DNA of 56,656 nucleotides from positions 1 through 56,656 of IMG/VR virus record IMGVR_UViG_3300036859_000863, one strand, 5' to 3'. The position numbers and the translations under genes are program-made. This document shows, piece after piece, positions 44,473-54,730 of this stretch (position 1 is the first letter of the stretch; each line of letters starts with the position of its first letter). The notes under the pieces were generated by a model. The model was not told the DNA's origin and ran no database searches. It saw only the letters and a list, made by a program, of their open reading frames with translations. Source of the DNA: a virus (lineage: Duplodnaviria > Caudoviricetes).

Positions 44473-45270
44473 ATGACCTTCGACGACAGCGGCTTGCCGG
44501 CCGGCTCGCTGTCGGGGCCGTGCGACGTGTGGCCGCTGCCGGATGAGTGGTGCTGCACGATACCGGCGACGCCGGCGGTGACGGGGGCGGCGGCGGCCGC
44601 GGCGACCGAGATCCTGTGGGCGGCGTCCGGACGGCGGTTCGGGACGTGCACGGCGACGGTGTACCCGTGTCCGGAGGAGTGCGCCCCGTCGTGGGCGCCG
44701 CTGTCCGCGGCGTGGGGCTGGCCGTACCCGCGGCTGGTCGACGGGTCGTGGGTGAACGCCGGCTGCGGCGACTGCGGCGACGACTGCGCGTGCACGTCGG
44801 CGGCGACGGTCGTGTTCCACCAGTTCCCGGTGCTGTCGGTCGGCGAGGTCGTCGTCGACGGCGAGGTGCTGGCGACCGGCTCCTACCAGCTGTGGGACCA
44901 CCGGCGGCTGGTGCGCAGCGACGGCGGCCGCTGGCCGCTGTGCCAGGACTGGGCGGCGGGCGGGTCGTGGTCGGCGCGGCTGACGGTGGGGGAGCCGGTG
45001 CCGGCGACCGGGGTGCTGGCGATGGGCGAGCTGACCTGCGAGCTGACGAAGGGCTGCGCCGGCGGCGACTGTCGGCTGCCGCGCCGGGTCGTCGATATGA
45101 CTCGGGCGGGGGTGTCGGTGTCGTTCGCCGACGTGCAGCAGCTGGTCGAGGGCCGGCTGTTCGGCCTGGAGGCGGTCGACTACTTCGTGGGGGCGTTCAA
45201 CCCGCACGGGTTGCCGGACCGGCCGCGCATCTACAGTCCGGACGTGGCGCCGCAGCGGCAGAGGACCTGA
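44473..45270 (+). CDS. Head-to-tail adaptor
   Basis: ATEILWAASGRRFG.C, W.N..CG, WPLCQD, ELTKGC.G..CRLP.RV....RAGV and NPHGL.....YSPD. Confidence 0.7.
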   Translation: MTFDDSGLPAGSLSGPCDVWPLPDEWCCTIPATPAVTGAAAAAATEILWAASGRRFGTCTATVYPCPEECAPSWAPLSAAWGWPYPRLVDGSWVNAGCGDCGDDCACTSAATVVFHQFPVLSVGEVVVDGEVLATGSYQLWDHRRLVRSDGGRWPLCQDWAAGGSWSARLTVGEPVPATGVLAMGELTCELTKGCAGGDCRLPRRVVDMTRAGVSVSFADVQQLVEGRLFGLEAVDYFVGAFNPHGLPDRPRIYSPDVAPQRQRT

Positions 45271-45271
45271 C

Positions 45272-45796
45272 GTGGCCGCCGACCCGGCGATCCTCTACCT
45301 GGTGGGCCGCGATCTCGTCGAGTGCGCCCGCGCCCGGCTGGCGGCGACGCCGTACGGGGAGCCGTCGCGGGTGTCGATGACCGCGGGGGCGGTCGTCGAG
45401 GAGGTCGACGGCGAGGGCTGCTGCAGCCAGCTGACGGGGACGGTCGCAAGGGTGTACCCGTCGACGAGCTTCCCGCTGCAGGACGGCGACGCCCAGCCGT
45501 GCCACGTACCGTTGACCGCGGTCGAGTACCGGCTGCGGGTGGTGCGCTGCTCGACCCAGCCGCAGGCGCCGATGGAGCTGGCCCCGACGGTCGAGGCGTT
45601 GGACGAGGAGGCGCGCCGCTGGGCGGTCGACGCGCTGGCGGTGCGCACCGCGGTGGCGTGCTGCCTGCAGGCGCTCGGTAACCAGGTCGAGTGGCTGATG
45701 GGCGACACGACCCCGACCGGCCCGGGCGGCGGGTGCGTCGGCTCGGAGACGGCCGTCACCGTCGGGTTCGGCGACCTGTGCAACTGCAGGGCCTGA
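45272..45796 (+). CDS. Tail terminator/completion-like protein
   Basis: CC.QL...V...YPS..FP, VVRC and GP.GGCVG; position in the connector block. Confidence 0.6.
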   Translation: MAADPAILYLVGRDLVECARARLAATPYGEPSRVSMTAGAVVEEVDGEGCCSQLTGTVARVYPSTSFPLQDGDAQPCHVPLTAVEYRLRVVRCSTQPQAPMELAPTVEALDEEARRWAVDALAVRTAVACCLQALGNQVEWLMGDTTPTGPGGGCVGSETAVTVGFGDLCNCRA

Positions 45797-45799
45797 CCG

Positions 45800-46087
45800 G
45801 TGGCGATCAGGATCGACCCCGACTGGCTGAGGGACCCGAACGGCCCGGTCGTCCGCTGGCTGAACGGGTTGGGCGTCGACATCGAGGCGCAGGCCCGGCA
45901 GCAGGCGCCGGTCGACACCGGTCGGCTGCGGTCGTCGATCGAGCACTACGTGAGGGTCGAAGGCGGCGCCCCGGCGCTGTTCGTGGGGTCGCGGGTCGAG
46001 TACGCGGCGTACGCTCACCGGCGGGGCGAGGAGCGTGCCCACTGGCTGCTCGACCCGTTCCATACAGTGGTGGCGAGAAACACCTGA
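45800..46087 (+). CDS. HK97 gp10-like neck protein
   Basis: ARQQAPVDTGRLRSSI...VGSRVEYAAY.H. Confidence 0.75.
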   Translation: MAIRIDPDWLRDPNGPVVRWLNGLGVDIEAQARQQAPVDTGRLRSSIEHYVRVEGGAPALFVGSRVEYAAYAHRRGEERAHWLLDPFHTVVARNT

Positions 46088-46106
46088 GCCATGGAGGACA
46101 TCGCCC

Positions 46107-46430
46107 GTGAAGGACTTCACCGATACCGACCGGCCGACCGAACCGATCCGATTCACCGTCGACGGCGACACGTTCGAGTGCGCCGCCGTCCTGCCGGCCG
46201 GCGCCGGCTACGACCTGGTGGCGGCGGCGACGAGCGGCGACAAGGGCCAGATGGTGGCGCTGGCGGGGGCGAGCCTCGACGCCATCATGCTGCCCGAGTC
46301 GGCCCGCCGGTTCGCGCAGCGCATGCGGGACCCGGAGCGGCCGATCACCGACGCCCAGGTGGGCGCCATCCTGCGGTGGCTGACCGAGCAGTACTCGGCC
46401 CGCCCTACCACACCTGCCTCCAGCTCCTAG
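46107..46430 (+). CDS. Tail assembly chaperone (G)
   Basis: KDF...IRFTVDGDTF...LPESARRFAQRM.D...PI...I..WL.EQY..RPT; upstream of the tape measure gene. Confidence 0.75.
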   Translation: MKDFTDTDRPTEPIRFTVDGDTFECAAVLPAGAGYDLVAAATSGDKGQMVALAGASLDAIMLPESARRFAQRMRDPERPITDAQVGAILRWLTEQYSARPTTPASSS

Positions 46431-46708
46431 GCTGGGCGGCAGGCAGGCTCCCGGAGCTGCGGGGTCGGGCGCTCCGCGACGGGCTGCGACTGATGGACCT
46501 CCCGCTGGCCGACCACTGCGACGTGCTCGTCTCCTACGTGTACGACGGCCGCGACGGCGACGTCCGCAAGGCGATCGACAAGGCGCTCACGCCGCCGGCG
46601 CCGCCGCGGACGGTGCACGGGCTGCCGACACCGGAGGGGTGGCCGACCGACGAGCAGATCGCCGCCGAGGGCGCCGCCACCGCTAGGGCGCTGGGGGCGG
46701 CCGTCTGA
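46400..46708 (+). CDS. Tail assembly chaperone second ORF (T, probably -1 frameshift product)
   Basis: The -1 frame ORF PYHTCLQLLGWA...LRGRAL..GL.L.DLP overlaps the G end; no obvious SD/start of its own near the overlap. Confidence 0.6.
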   Translation, partial: PPYHTCLQLLGWAAGRLPELRGRALRDGLRLMDLPLADHCDVLVSYVYDGRDGDVRKAIDKALTPPAPPRTVHGLPTPEGWPTDEQIAAEGAATARALGAAV

Positions 46709-49494
46709 TGCCGGGGAACGTCATAGCCGAGGCGTTCGTCGCGGTGCGGATCGACCCGCGCCAGCTCGAAGCCGACCTGCGGGCGGCGGCCGGCGACCTG
46801 CAGGTGACCGCACGGGTGGCGGCCGACACGGCGTCGCTCGCTCCGGCGATCCAGGACGCGGTCGAGGCGTCCGACACGCAGGTGACGGTCACCGCCGACG
46901 CCGAACCGGTCGCCGGGGAGATCAGCGCCGCGGTCGCCGAGGCCGACACGCTGGTCCCGGTCACCGCCGACGTGACGGGTGCCCGCTCGGAGCTGGAGAC
47001 GATCGGCGATGGCGTGTCGGTCGAGGTGCCGGTCGAGGTGGACACGACGGCGGCGCAGGCCGAGGTCGAGCAGCTCGGCCAGTCGGCGCAGACCGCGGCC
47101 GGCGGCACCGAGGCGTTGGGCGGGGCGGTCGGGAACCTGGGGGCGGTCACCGACCTGGCCGGCGGCAAGGCCCAGGGGCTCGGTCAGGCGCTGCAGGGCA
47201 TGGGCGGCAAGGCCGGGATCGCGGGGGCGGCGCTGCTGCCGCTGGCCGGGTTCACGGGCCTGCTGTTCCAGAACGCGGTCGACGCCGAGGCGGCCACGTT
47301 CCGGTTCGAGAACACGCTCGGCGACATGGCGTCGACGGTCGACGAGATCGACGTCGGCGGTCTGTCGGAGGGGATCTCCGACCTGACGCTGCGGTTGGGT
47401 TCCGGCGACGACGAGCTGCGCAACGTCGTGTCGTCGTTCTTTCAGCTCGGCCAGTCGGCGGGCCGCTCCCGTCAGGAGGTCGGCGTCGCCGCCGAGCAGC
47501 TGGTGGCGTTGGCGGCGAGGGCGAGGGCGCTCAACCCGGAGTTGGGGTCGGTCGACAGCATCGCCCAGTCGCTGCAGGGTAGCCTGGCCCGAGGCGGCCC
47601 GTCGCTCGCCGCGTTCGGGATCGCGCTCACGTCGTCGGAGATCGAGGCGCGGGCGCTGGCCGACACCGGCAAGGCGGCGTCGGACGAGCTGACCCAGTTC
47701 GACAAGGCGGCGGCGGGCGCGGCGCTCGCCACCGAGCGGCTCGGCAGCCGGCTGCGGGAGGACATCGACAAGGGCGCCGAGAACCCGGCGATCCGGCTCG
47801 CCGCCCTGACCACCAAGCTGTCCGAGTTCCTGGAGACGTTGGGCACCCCGCTGGTGGCCCCGATCTTCGAGATCCTGGAGGAGCTCGAACCGGTCGCCGA
47901 GGAGGTCGCCAAGAGCTTGGCCGACGTGATCGTCGCCGGGCTGCCGATCGTCGAGCTGTTCGCCGACCTGCTCCCGGTCGTCACGGTGGCGCTCAAACCG
48001 CTGCAGCTGTTGGCGGCGGCGGTCGTTCTCATCGAGGACGCCGTCGCGGCCGCGGTCGGCCCGATCCAGGATTTCATCGACCTGCTCGGCGACCTGCCGG
48101 TCATCTCGCAGCTGGTCGACGCCGTCGGGTTCGTCGGCGACGCCGTCGGCTCGGCCACGGACGCGATCGGCGACGCCGCCGGCGCGGTCGCCGACTTCGT
48201 GTCCGGCGGGGAGGAGCTGCACGGCACCGTCGTCGAGATGGGCGAGGGATTCGAGACCGCCGAGGAGAAGGCGGCCCGGTTCGCGCGGCAGATCGGCGAG
48301 ACTACCGAGCTGGTGCGCCGCGGGGTCGTCGCCCAGGGGGAGGCGATCGCCGGGGCGTTCGCCGCCGCGGTCGCCGGGATCGACGAGTTCGTGGCGTCGG
48401 CCACGGGGGCGCTGCCGTCGGTGGCCGACGCGTTCGACGCGGTCGGCGAGGACAGCGTCCTCTCGGTCGGCGAGTTCGTCGCCGCGCTCGACGCGTCGGC
48501 CGCCACGGTCGGCGAGTTCCGCGACAACCTGGCGCTGCTCGCCGCCGAGGGGTTCACCGGTCTGGCGGCGACGATCGCCGAGCAGGGACCGGCCGTCGGG
48601 GGCGCGCTCGCCGAGGAGCTGGCGACCGCCCTGGAGTCCGGCAACCGCGAGATCGTCGACGGCGTGCAGGCCGCCACCGACGCGTTCAACGCCGAGTGGA
48701 CGTCGACGGTCGAGTTCTTCCGCAGCACGCTGGGCCCCGAGTTCATCCTGTCGGCGGGGTTGATGGGTTCGGGGGCGGCCGCCGCGTTCGGGCGCAACCT
48801 GACGTTCGCCGAACGGGTGCGGGTCGCCGGCGAGCTGGCCAAGTCGGGGCTAGACCAGCAGGGCCAGGCGATCGCGGCGATCGCCGCGGTCGAGGGCGAG
48901 CACGCCGCCCGCCTGTACGGCGAGAACCTCGGTCTCGAAGCGGTGACGGTCGACGCCGCCGTCCGGGCCGGGCAGGCGATCCGTGACCACGCCCCGGTGG
49001 GCGCCTACCGGGACGCCGGGATCGTGCTCGGCGACGCGTTCAACGACGGGGTGATCGGCCAGCTGGAGCTGCTCGGTCGGCTGTCGGCGCAGGCGGCGAC
49101 GAGGGCGATCAGCGAGGGGCTGCAGATCACCCGCACCCAGTTCGGGATCCAGTCGCCGTCGAAGGTGTGGGCCGAACGGCTGGGCCGACCGATCGGCGAG
49201 GGCATCGCGGTCGGGTTGGCCGCCACCCAGTCGGACGTGACGGCCGCCGGCCTGTCCGCCCTCTCCGGGCTCGACTCGCTCTCGGCGTCGGCGACCGTCG
49301 CCGGACCGACGGCGGCCGTCGCCGCGAACGGCGCGGCACCCGCGGCGGGCGGGGCGGCGGGCGGTTCGCTGGGGACGGTGGAGGCGCTGCTCGGCGAACT
49401 GGTGAGCCAGTTCCGTCGCCTCGACGGCGCCGACGTGGTCACCCTGTCCCGGCTGGTCGAGGAGGGCGACCGGGTGCGAGCGAGGAGACGCTGA
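46708..49494 (+). CDS. Tape measure protein
   Basis: VIAEAFVAVRID N-terminus, 928-aa Ala/Gly-rich helical sequence, C-terminal FGIQSPSKVW...IGEGIAVG. Confidence 0.9.
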   Translation: MPGNVIAEAFVAVRIDPRQLEADLRAAAGDLQVTARVAADTASLAPAIQDAVEASDTQVTVTADAEPVAGEISAAVAEADTLVPVTADVTGARSELETIGDGVSVEVPVEVDTTAAQAEVEQLGQSAQTAAGGTEALGGAVGNLGAVTDLAGGKAQGLGQALQGMGGKAGIAGAALLPLAGFTGLLFQNAVDAEAATFRFENTLGDMASTVDEIDVGGLSEGISDLTLRLGSGDDELRNVVSSFFQLGQSAGRSRQEVGVAAEQLVALAARARALNPELGSVDSIAQSLQGSLARGGPSLAAFGIALTSSEIEARALADTGKAASDELTQFDKAAAGAALATERLGSRLREDIDKGAENPAIRLAALTTKLSEFLETLGTPLVAPIFEILEELEPVAEEVAKSLADVIVAGLPIVELFADLLPVVTVALKPLQLLAAAVVLIEDAVAAAVGPIQDFIDLLGDLPVISQLVDAVGFVGDAVGSATDAIGDAAGAVADFVSGGEELHGTVVEMGEGFETAEEKAARFARQIGETTELVRRGVVAQGEAIAGAFAAAVAGIDEFVASATGALPSVADAFDAVGEDSVLSVGEFVAALDASAATVGEFRDNLALLAAEGFTGLAATIAEQGPAVGGALAEELATALESGNREIVDGVQAATDAFNAEWTSTVEFFRSTLGPEFILSAGLMGSGAAAAFGRNLTFAERVRVAGELAKSGLDQQGQAIAAIAAVEGEHAARLYGENLGLEAVTVDAAVRAGQAIRDHAPVGAYRDAGIVLGDAFNDGVIGQLELLGRLSAQAATRAISEGLQITRTQFGIQSPSKVWAERLGRPIGEGIAVGLAATQSDVTAAGLSALSGLDSLSASATVAGPTAAVAANGAAPAAGGAAGGSLGTVEALLGELVSQFRRLDGADVVTLSRLVEEGDRVRARRR

Positions 49495-51017
49495 TGGCGA
49501 CGTGCGACCCGACGTTGATCGTGGCGGAGACGGGCTGCCGGTTCGAGGTGAACCTGCCGCCGCCGATGGCGGTCGAGCACGTCCGACCCGGGAGCGTGGT
49601 GACGACGATCGACGGGTCGGCGCACGTGCAGCGCGCCGCGAGGAGACACCGCCGGTTCGCGTGGACCGTGGCCGGCGGACCGGAGGACGTCGGCGACTGG
49701 CTGGCGTTAGAGCAGGACGTGTTCGGCCTGCCGTTCCGGTGGTACGACCCGTGGGCGGCGTGCGTGAACCTGCTGCCCGCCGAGGTGACGTCGGTGTCGG
49801 TGACCGGCGACGCCTGGCGGTCGACGGCGTCGAGTCCCGCCGGGATCGACGGCGCCGGACTGGTGGCGCTCGACGGGAACCGGTGCGCGGCCCGGTCGAT
49901 CTCCCCGCGGGAGACGCTCACGCTGCCGCGCCGCGACGGGGCGCTCGACCCGGTGCCGGTGAAACCGGGGGTGACGTACACGGCGTCGGCGTTCGTCGAG
50001 CAGGTGGCGTCCGCCTACCTGTGTCTGCTGTGGTACGACCAGACGGGGGCGTTCCTGTCCCGGAACTGTTCGGTGACCGGCGGGCCGCAACGGTTCGCGG
50101 TGTCGGCGCCCGCCCCGACCGGGGCGGCGTACGCGGCGCTGGAACTCACCACCAACGGCCAGGAGCAGGTGCTGGCGGTCAACAACACGGTGACCGGGAC
50201 GGGGGCGACGTCGACCGACGTGGGGCCGCTGACCGCCGACCTCGACGTCGAGGTGAAGGTGGCGGCCATCGACTGGTCGCCGTCACAGGCGCTGGTCGCC
50301 CAGTGGACGACGGCCGGGAACCAGCGATCGTGGCAGTTCCGTATCTCCGCCGATGGGCTGGCCCTGGACCTGTCGTCGAACGGGACGCTCGTCACCGGCC
50401 ACGCCCAGCCGTTCGTCGCCCCGATCGTCGCGGTCGACGGGCAGCCGCTGCGAGTGCGGTTCACCCGGTCGGCGTTTACCGGGCTGATCCGCTTCTACGT
50501 CCTCCAGAACGACGTGTGGGTACAGCAGGGCGCCACCCAGGCCGGCTACGTCGGCAGCCTGCACGCCTCGACGGGGGCGACGACCGTCGGGTTCCACGAC
50601 GCCGGCACCAACGACCTGAACGGCTGGGTGTGGGACGTCGACGTCTCGTCGGCGGGGGCACCGACCGGCGCGCCGCTGGCGGTGACCGGGTCGCCCGACT
50701 GGACGTCGGCGCCGTGGAAGGTCGGCGACAGCCAGGCGACGGGGATCCGGGCGGACGCCCAGGGCAACCTGTGGACGCTCACCGGCGCCGACTCGAAGGT
50801 GGTGCTGCAGGCGTTCGGGCAGCCCGGCGGCCGGGTCGCCGGCTTCCAGCTGCACGAAGGCGCCGCCGCGATCCGCTGGCATCCGGGGATGGGGCCGCCG
50901 CGGGTGGCGCTCGCCGGCGGCTCGGAACGCTACCTGCGTATCGGCGAGGAATGCTCCGGCTGCTCCGGCCAGCACCTGCGGTCGTTCTCGGTCGAGCTAG
51001 TGGAGGTGCACTGCTGA
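49494..51017 (+). CDS. Minor tail protein with carbohydrate-binding-like domains
   Basis: Follows the tape measure gene; PVKPGVTYTASA...APAPTGAAYAAL CBM-like segment and a LamG-like insert. Confidence 0.7.
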   Translation: MATCDPTLIVAETGCRFEVNLPPPMAVEHVRPGSVVTTIDGSAHVQRAARRHRRFAWTVAGGPEDVGDWLALEQDVFGLPFRWYDPWAACVNLLPAEVTSVSVTGDAWRSTASSPAGIDGAGLVALDGNRCAARSISPRETLTLPRRDGALDPVPVKPGVTYTASAFVEQVASAYLCLLWYDQTGAFLSRNCSVTGGPQRFAVSAPAPTGAAYAALELTTNGQEQVLAVNNTVTGTGATSTDVGPLTADLDVEVKVAAIDWSPSQALVAQWTTAGNQRSWQFRISADGLALDLSSNGTLVTGHAQPFVAPIVAVDGQPLRVRFTRSAFTGLIRFYVLQNDVWVQQGATQAGYVGSLHASTGATTVGFHDAGTNDLNGWVWDVDVSSAGAPTGAPLAVTGSPDWTSAPWKVGDSQATGIRADAQGNLWTLTGADSKVVLQAFGQPGGRVAGFQLHEGAAAIRWHPGMGPPRVALAGGSERYLRIGEECSGCSGQHLRSFSVELVEVHC

Positions 51018-52189
51018 TGCCGCTGATCAACCTCACCGAACTGATCTCCGCCCCGGCGGTCGCGGGCACCGACGTGATGTACGCGGTGCTCGACCCGGCC
51101 GGGGCGCGACTGCCGCGCAAGACGACCGTCGTCAACCTGCTCAACCGACGACCCGCCGGCACCGAGAACGGGTTCGTGGTCACCCCGCCCACCGGGTGGG
51201 GCGACGGCACCGAAACCTACGGTTCGGAGCAGGCGTTCCTGGTGCTCTCCGACTCCGACGCCCCCCTGTCGGTGACCACCGAACCGACTTCCAACATCAC
51301 GGCGACCACCAACGCCACCCCGGTGGCGGTGACGACCAGCCCGGCTCACGGCTACTCAACCGGGGACGTCGTGCGCATCACCGGAACCGGGATCGGCGCC
51401 CTCGACAACCGGTGGTGGAAGATCACGGTCACCTCGTCGACGACCTTCACGTTGAACAGCTCGACCGCGCCCGGCTCGACGTCGGCGACCGGGTACGTGT
51501 TCGCCAGCCGCAACCCGATCCTGCTGCGCATGGACGGTTTGGGCAGCATCGGCATGGGCGGCGGCATCCACCTCGCCACCGGTCTGCGAGGCAAGAGCGG
51601 CCAGACGTTCGCGCCCGGCGCCGCCGTGTCGCTGTGGATCACTCCCAGCTACGACGCCGCCGGGATCATCATCACCAACCCGTCGACCACCCACTGGCCC
51701 GGAACCCCGATATCGGCGTTCATGTCGTGCTTGGACGTGAGAGCCGACCCCGACGTCGTCGTGTTCGAGGTCACCGCCGCCGGTCAGGCCGTCGCACGCC
51801 GAGGGCTGCGCATCTCGGCCGACGGGTCCTCCAACGCCCTGGAGTTCGGCACTACGGGGGACGCCAAGATGTACCGGGGTGCGGCGGCCTCTATCTACAG
51901 CGACTCGACGGTCGTCGCCCGAGCCGGGTTCGCCGATCAGGCGTACATCGGGAGTTTCTTCGGGTCGGCCGGGCTGATCTTCGGTTCGGCGATCGACACC
52001 GGGATCTACCGGCAGTCGGTCGGGATCATCCACGTAGCGAACGCCTTCCGGTTCCCGGAGATCACCGACCCCGCCGCCCCGGCCGCGAACCACGGCCTCC
52101 TCTACTTCCGGGACAACGGTGCCGGCAAGACCCAGGCCTGTATCCGGTTCCCGACGGGAGCGATGCAGGTCATCGCGACGGAGCCGTGA
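51017..52189 (+). CDS. Minor tail/fibre protein
   Basis: ITATTNATPVAVTT..AHGYSTGDVVRITG module; C-terminal PAAPAAN.GLLYFRDNGAGKTQ...RFPTGA.QVIATEP. Confidence 0.7.
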   Translation: MPLINLTELISAPAVAGTDVMYAVLDPAGARLPRKTTVVNLLNRRPAGTENGFVVTPPTGWGDGTETYGSEQAFLVLSDSDAPLSVTTEPTSNITATTNATPVAVTTSPAHGYSTGDVVRITGTGIGALDNRWWKITVTSSTTFTLNSSTAPGSTSATGYVFASRNPILLRMDGLGSIGMGGGIHLATGLRGKSGQTFAPGAAVSLWITPSYDAAGIIITNPSTTHWPGTPISAFMSCLDVRADPDVVVFEVTAAGQAVARRGLRISADGSSNALEFGTTGDAKMYRGAAASIYSDSTVVARAGFADQAYIGSFFGSAGLIFGSAIDTGIYRQSVGIIHVANAFRFPEITDPAAPAANHGLLYFRDNGAGKTQACIRFPTGAMQVIATEP

Positions 52190-52335
52190 TGATCCCCGAA
52201 CAGTCCGACGCCGTCCTCGCCCTGATATCCGACTTCTACCGGCAGCTGCAGGCGGCCATGGGTCGGATCGCCGAGCTGGAGGCGCAGCTCGGCGAGGTCC
52301 GGCAGGAGGGCGGCTATGAGCCCGCTGACGACTGA
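52189..52335 (+). CDS. Small coiled-coil protein
   Basis: VLALISDFYRQLQAAMGRIAELEAQL. Confidence 0.5.
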   Translation: MIPEQSDAVLALISDFYRQLQAAMGRIAELEAQLGEVRQEGGYEPADD

Positions 52336-54730
52336 GGACGGCGTAACCCAACTGGCGGTCGAGGACGGCGTGACCGCGCTCGGCCTCGAAGAGACGGAGG
52401 AGCTCGGCTTCACGGTCGGCGCCGGCGTGCGCAGGGGCGCGGTCACGACGGGCGCGGCGCTGGAGATCGACAACACCGACGGCGACTGCACCGAGGCGTT
52501 CGACGGGCACGACATGGCGGGCTGGAGCCTGCGCCGGGAGATCACGACGACCCTGCCGGATCAGGTACGCCTGGTGTCGGGCGAGTCGGTCGCCGGGATG
52601 TCGCTGTCGCTGGTGGCGTGCCCGGACGTCGGTTACAACGGGCGGTGGACGCCGTGGCGGACGAACGTGAGCCGAGCAAACCAGGACGCCCGGTTCGAGG
52701 CGTCGCTGAACGACGACCGGCAGCGGCTGTTCACCGGGATCGTCGCCCGCGCCCGGAACCAGGCGTCGTCGCCGGTGTTGAACTTAGAGTTGGACGACCT
52801 GCTCGCCGACCTGTCCGACGAGGTGCTGGTCCCGGCGACGACGAACACGACTGCCTTCCCGGCGGGGCTGCGGTCCGAGTGGATCATCGACCTGGCGGCC
52901 CGCACCGGCGGCTGGTCGACGACGCCGCTCGTCACCGACGCGACGGTGGTCGCCGGCACGATGCAGGGGTCGGTGTCGGCCGAGGTCGGGTTGACGACGC
53001 TCGTCGAAATCCAGGCGGGCGACGAGAACCTGTTCTTCACGGTTCCGTGGGGGATCGCCCCCGACCGGGTGGGGGTCCGCTACGAACTGTCGACGGGCGA
53101 CCAGCCGGGGACGGCGCTCGACCGCAGCGAGACGTGGGCGTACACGTTCCTGATCACCACGCCGCCGTCGCCGCTCGACCCGGAGGTCAACCAGGCGCTG
53201 ATCGACGGCCAGGCGAGCTTCGGTACCGCCGACCCGCGGTTGACGTTCCAGACCCGCTGGGAGGAGGGACGCTCCCCGACCGGCGACGTGGTCGTCACCC
53301 TGGCGCAGGTCGACGTCTTCATCCTCGCGTCGGGAGCGACCCGGATGCGGCTCCAGTTCGAGGTCGTCGAAGGACTCTCCGACGACATCACCACCTTCAC
53401 GGACGTGCTCGCCGGCGCGGTGCGACCCGGCCTGAACACGATCGCGATCACACCCTCGGCCGACGGGCGCAGCATGCGTCTCCGGGTGTGGCACGAGGGC
53501 AGCGCCACCGCCGACCAGACGTTCGCGCTCGACGCCCCGTCGCCGTCGTGGCCGCCGACCGGCACCGAGAACCTGATCATGCGGAATACCGACATTCTCG
53601 GTTTAGGTCCCCGGTTCGGCGGCGTGCTCGTCGAACACTACACCGGCGTCTACTCGACCGCGAACGTGCCGCTGCGCCCGGAGCGCGGCATCGACTGGGA
53701 CCCGCAGGGCAGCGAGTCGGCGCTTACCGCGGTCCCGCCGATGGCGCTGCTCACCGCCCGCGAGGTGATCCGGCTCGTCGTCGAGGCCGAGCTGGGGGCG
53801 TTCTGGCTCGACGAGTTCGGGACCCTCGTGGTGCGCTGGCGCGACTTCCTCGCCGGCATCGGACGCCTCGACCGCACGGTCACGCCATGCCAGCTCGTCG
53901 ACCTCGACTGGCGCGAGGGGATCGAGCAGGTATACCGGCGGATCGTCGTCCCGACACGACCGCCGCTGATCACCGCCAACACCGTCGTCTACAGCGGCTC
54001 GGTCATCGCGATACCGCCCGGAACCACCAGGGTGGTGGTGTCGACGACCGTGAACGGCCGCCCCGCCGCCGCCATCGGGCTGCACCCGGCGCCGCCCGGC
54101 ACGGTCGACACGATGCGCGCCAACACGGCGGCGGACGGCAGCGGAGTCAACCTGCTGGTCATATTCAGCTACCGGGCGCTGTCGTCGTCGACGTTCGAGA
54201 TCAGCCTCGTCAACTTCGTCGGCTCGACCCTGTACACCGTGAACCCGGACGGCACGTCGAGCTTCGTGCTGGTCGCCGACACCGCGGTCGCCGAGGGTGA
54301 ACGGGTCGACGCGGTCGCCGACACCGACGCCGACCGGGGCGGGACGCTCACCCTGACGGACAACGTGTTCCGCCAGGACTTAGGGTCGGCCCAGGACCTC
54401 GCCGAACGGCTCGCCGTCGAACTCGGCGCAGCCCGCCCGGTGATCGACGCCCTGGAGATCGTCCCCGACCTCGACGTCCACCTCGGCGACGTCGCTAAGA
54501 TCGACGACCCGACCCACACCGGGGCGGTGCTGCGAGCGATCGTGGAGGGCATCGAGTGGACGCAACGCCCCGACTCGCTGCGCCAGACGCTGCAGCTGCG
54601 GGTCCTGTCGGTCACGCTCGGCGACCTGGACCTGGCGATGGCCGGCTCGACGCTCGGCGGCCTGGACGACACGTGGGCGGGCGAGACGCTCGGCGACCTC
54701 GACGACGACCCGCTGCGGGAGAGCGTCTGA
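52316..54730 (+). CDS. Large minor tail (tail-tip/hub) protein
   Basis: SLRREITTTLPDQVRLVSG, AELGAFWLDEFG.L..R.R and IVPDLDVHLGDV; tail module position. Confidence 0.75.
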   Translation: MSPLTTEDGVTQLAVEDGVTALGLEETEELGFTVGAGVRRGAVTTGAALEIDNTDGDCTEAFDGHDMAGWSLRREITTTLPDQVRLVSGESVAGMSLSLVACPDVGYNGRWTPWRTNVSRANQDARFEASLNDDRQRLFTGIVARARNQASSPVLNLELDDLLADLSDEVLVPATTNTTAFPAGLRSEWIIDLAARTGGWSTTPLVTDATVVAGTMQGSVSAEVGLTTLVEIQAGDENLFFTVPWGIAPDRVGVRYELSTGDQPGTALDRSETWAYTFLITTPPSPLDPEVNQALIDGQASFGTADPRLTFQTRWEEGRSPTGDVVVTLAQVDVFILASGATRMRLQFEVVEGLSDDITTFTDVLAGAVRPGLNTIAITPSADGRSMRLRVWHEGSATADQTFALDAPSPSWPPTGTENLIMRNTDILGLGPRFGGVLVEHYTGVYSTANVPLRPERGIDWDPQGSESALTAVPPMALLTAREVIRLVVEAELGAFWLDEFGTLVVRWRDFLAGIGRLDRTVTPCQLVDLDWREGIEQVYRRIVVPTRPPLITANTVVYSGSVIAIPPGTTRVVVSTTVNGRPAAAIGLHPAPPGTVDTMRANTAADGSGVNLLVIFSYRALSSSTFEISLVNFVGSTLYTVNPDGTSSFVLVADTAVAEGERVDAVADTDADRGGTLTLTDNVFRQDLGSAQDLAERLAVELGAARPVIDALEIVPDLDVHLGDVAKIDDPTHTGAVLRAIVEGIEWTQRPDSLRQTLQLRVLSVTLGDLDLAMAGSTLGGLDDTWAGETLGDLDDDPLRESV

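Noticed and set aside
40703-48842. Long antisense/alternate-frame ORFs (e.g. 40703-42682 -, 40804-42660 +, 46534-48222 -, 47472-48842 -)
   Set aside because: Expected shadows of high-GC3 genes; low-complexity Arg/Ser/Ala translations without motifs.
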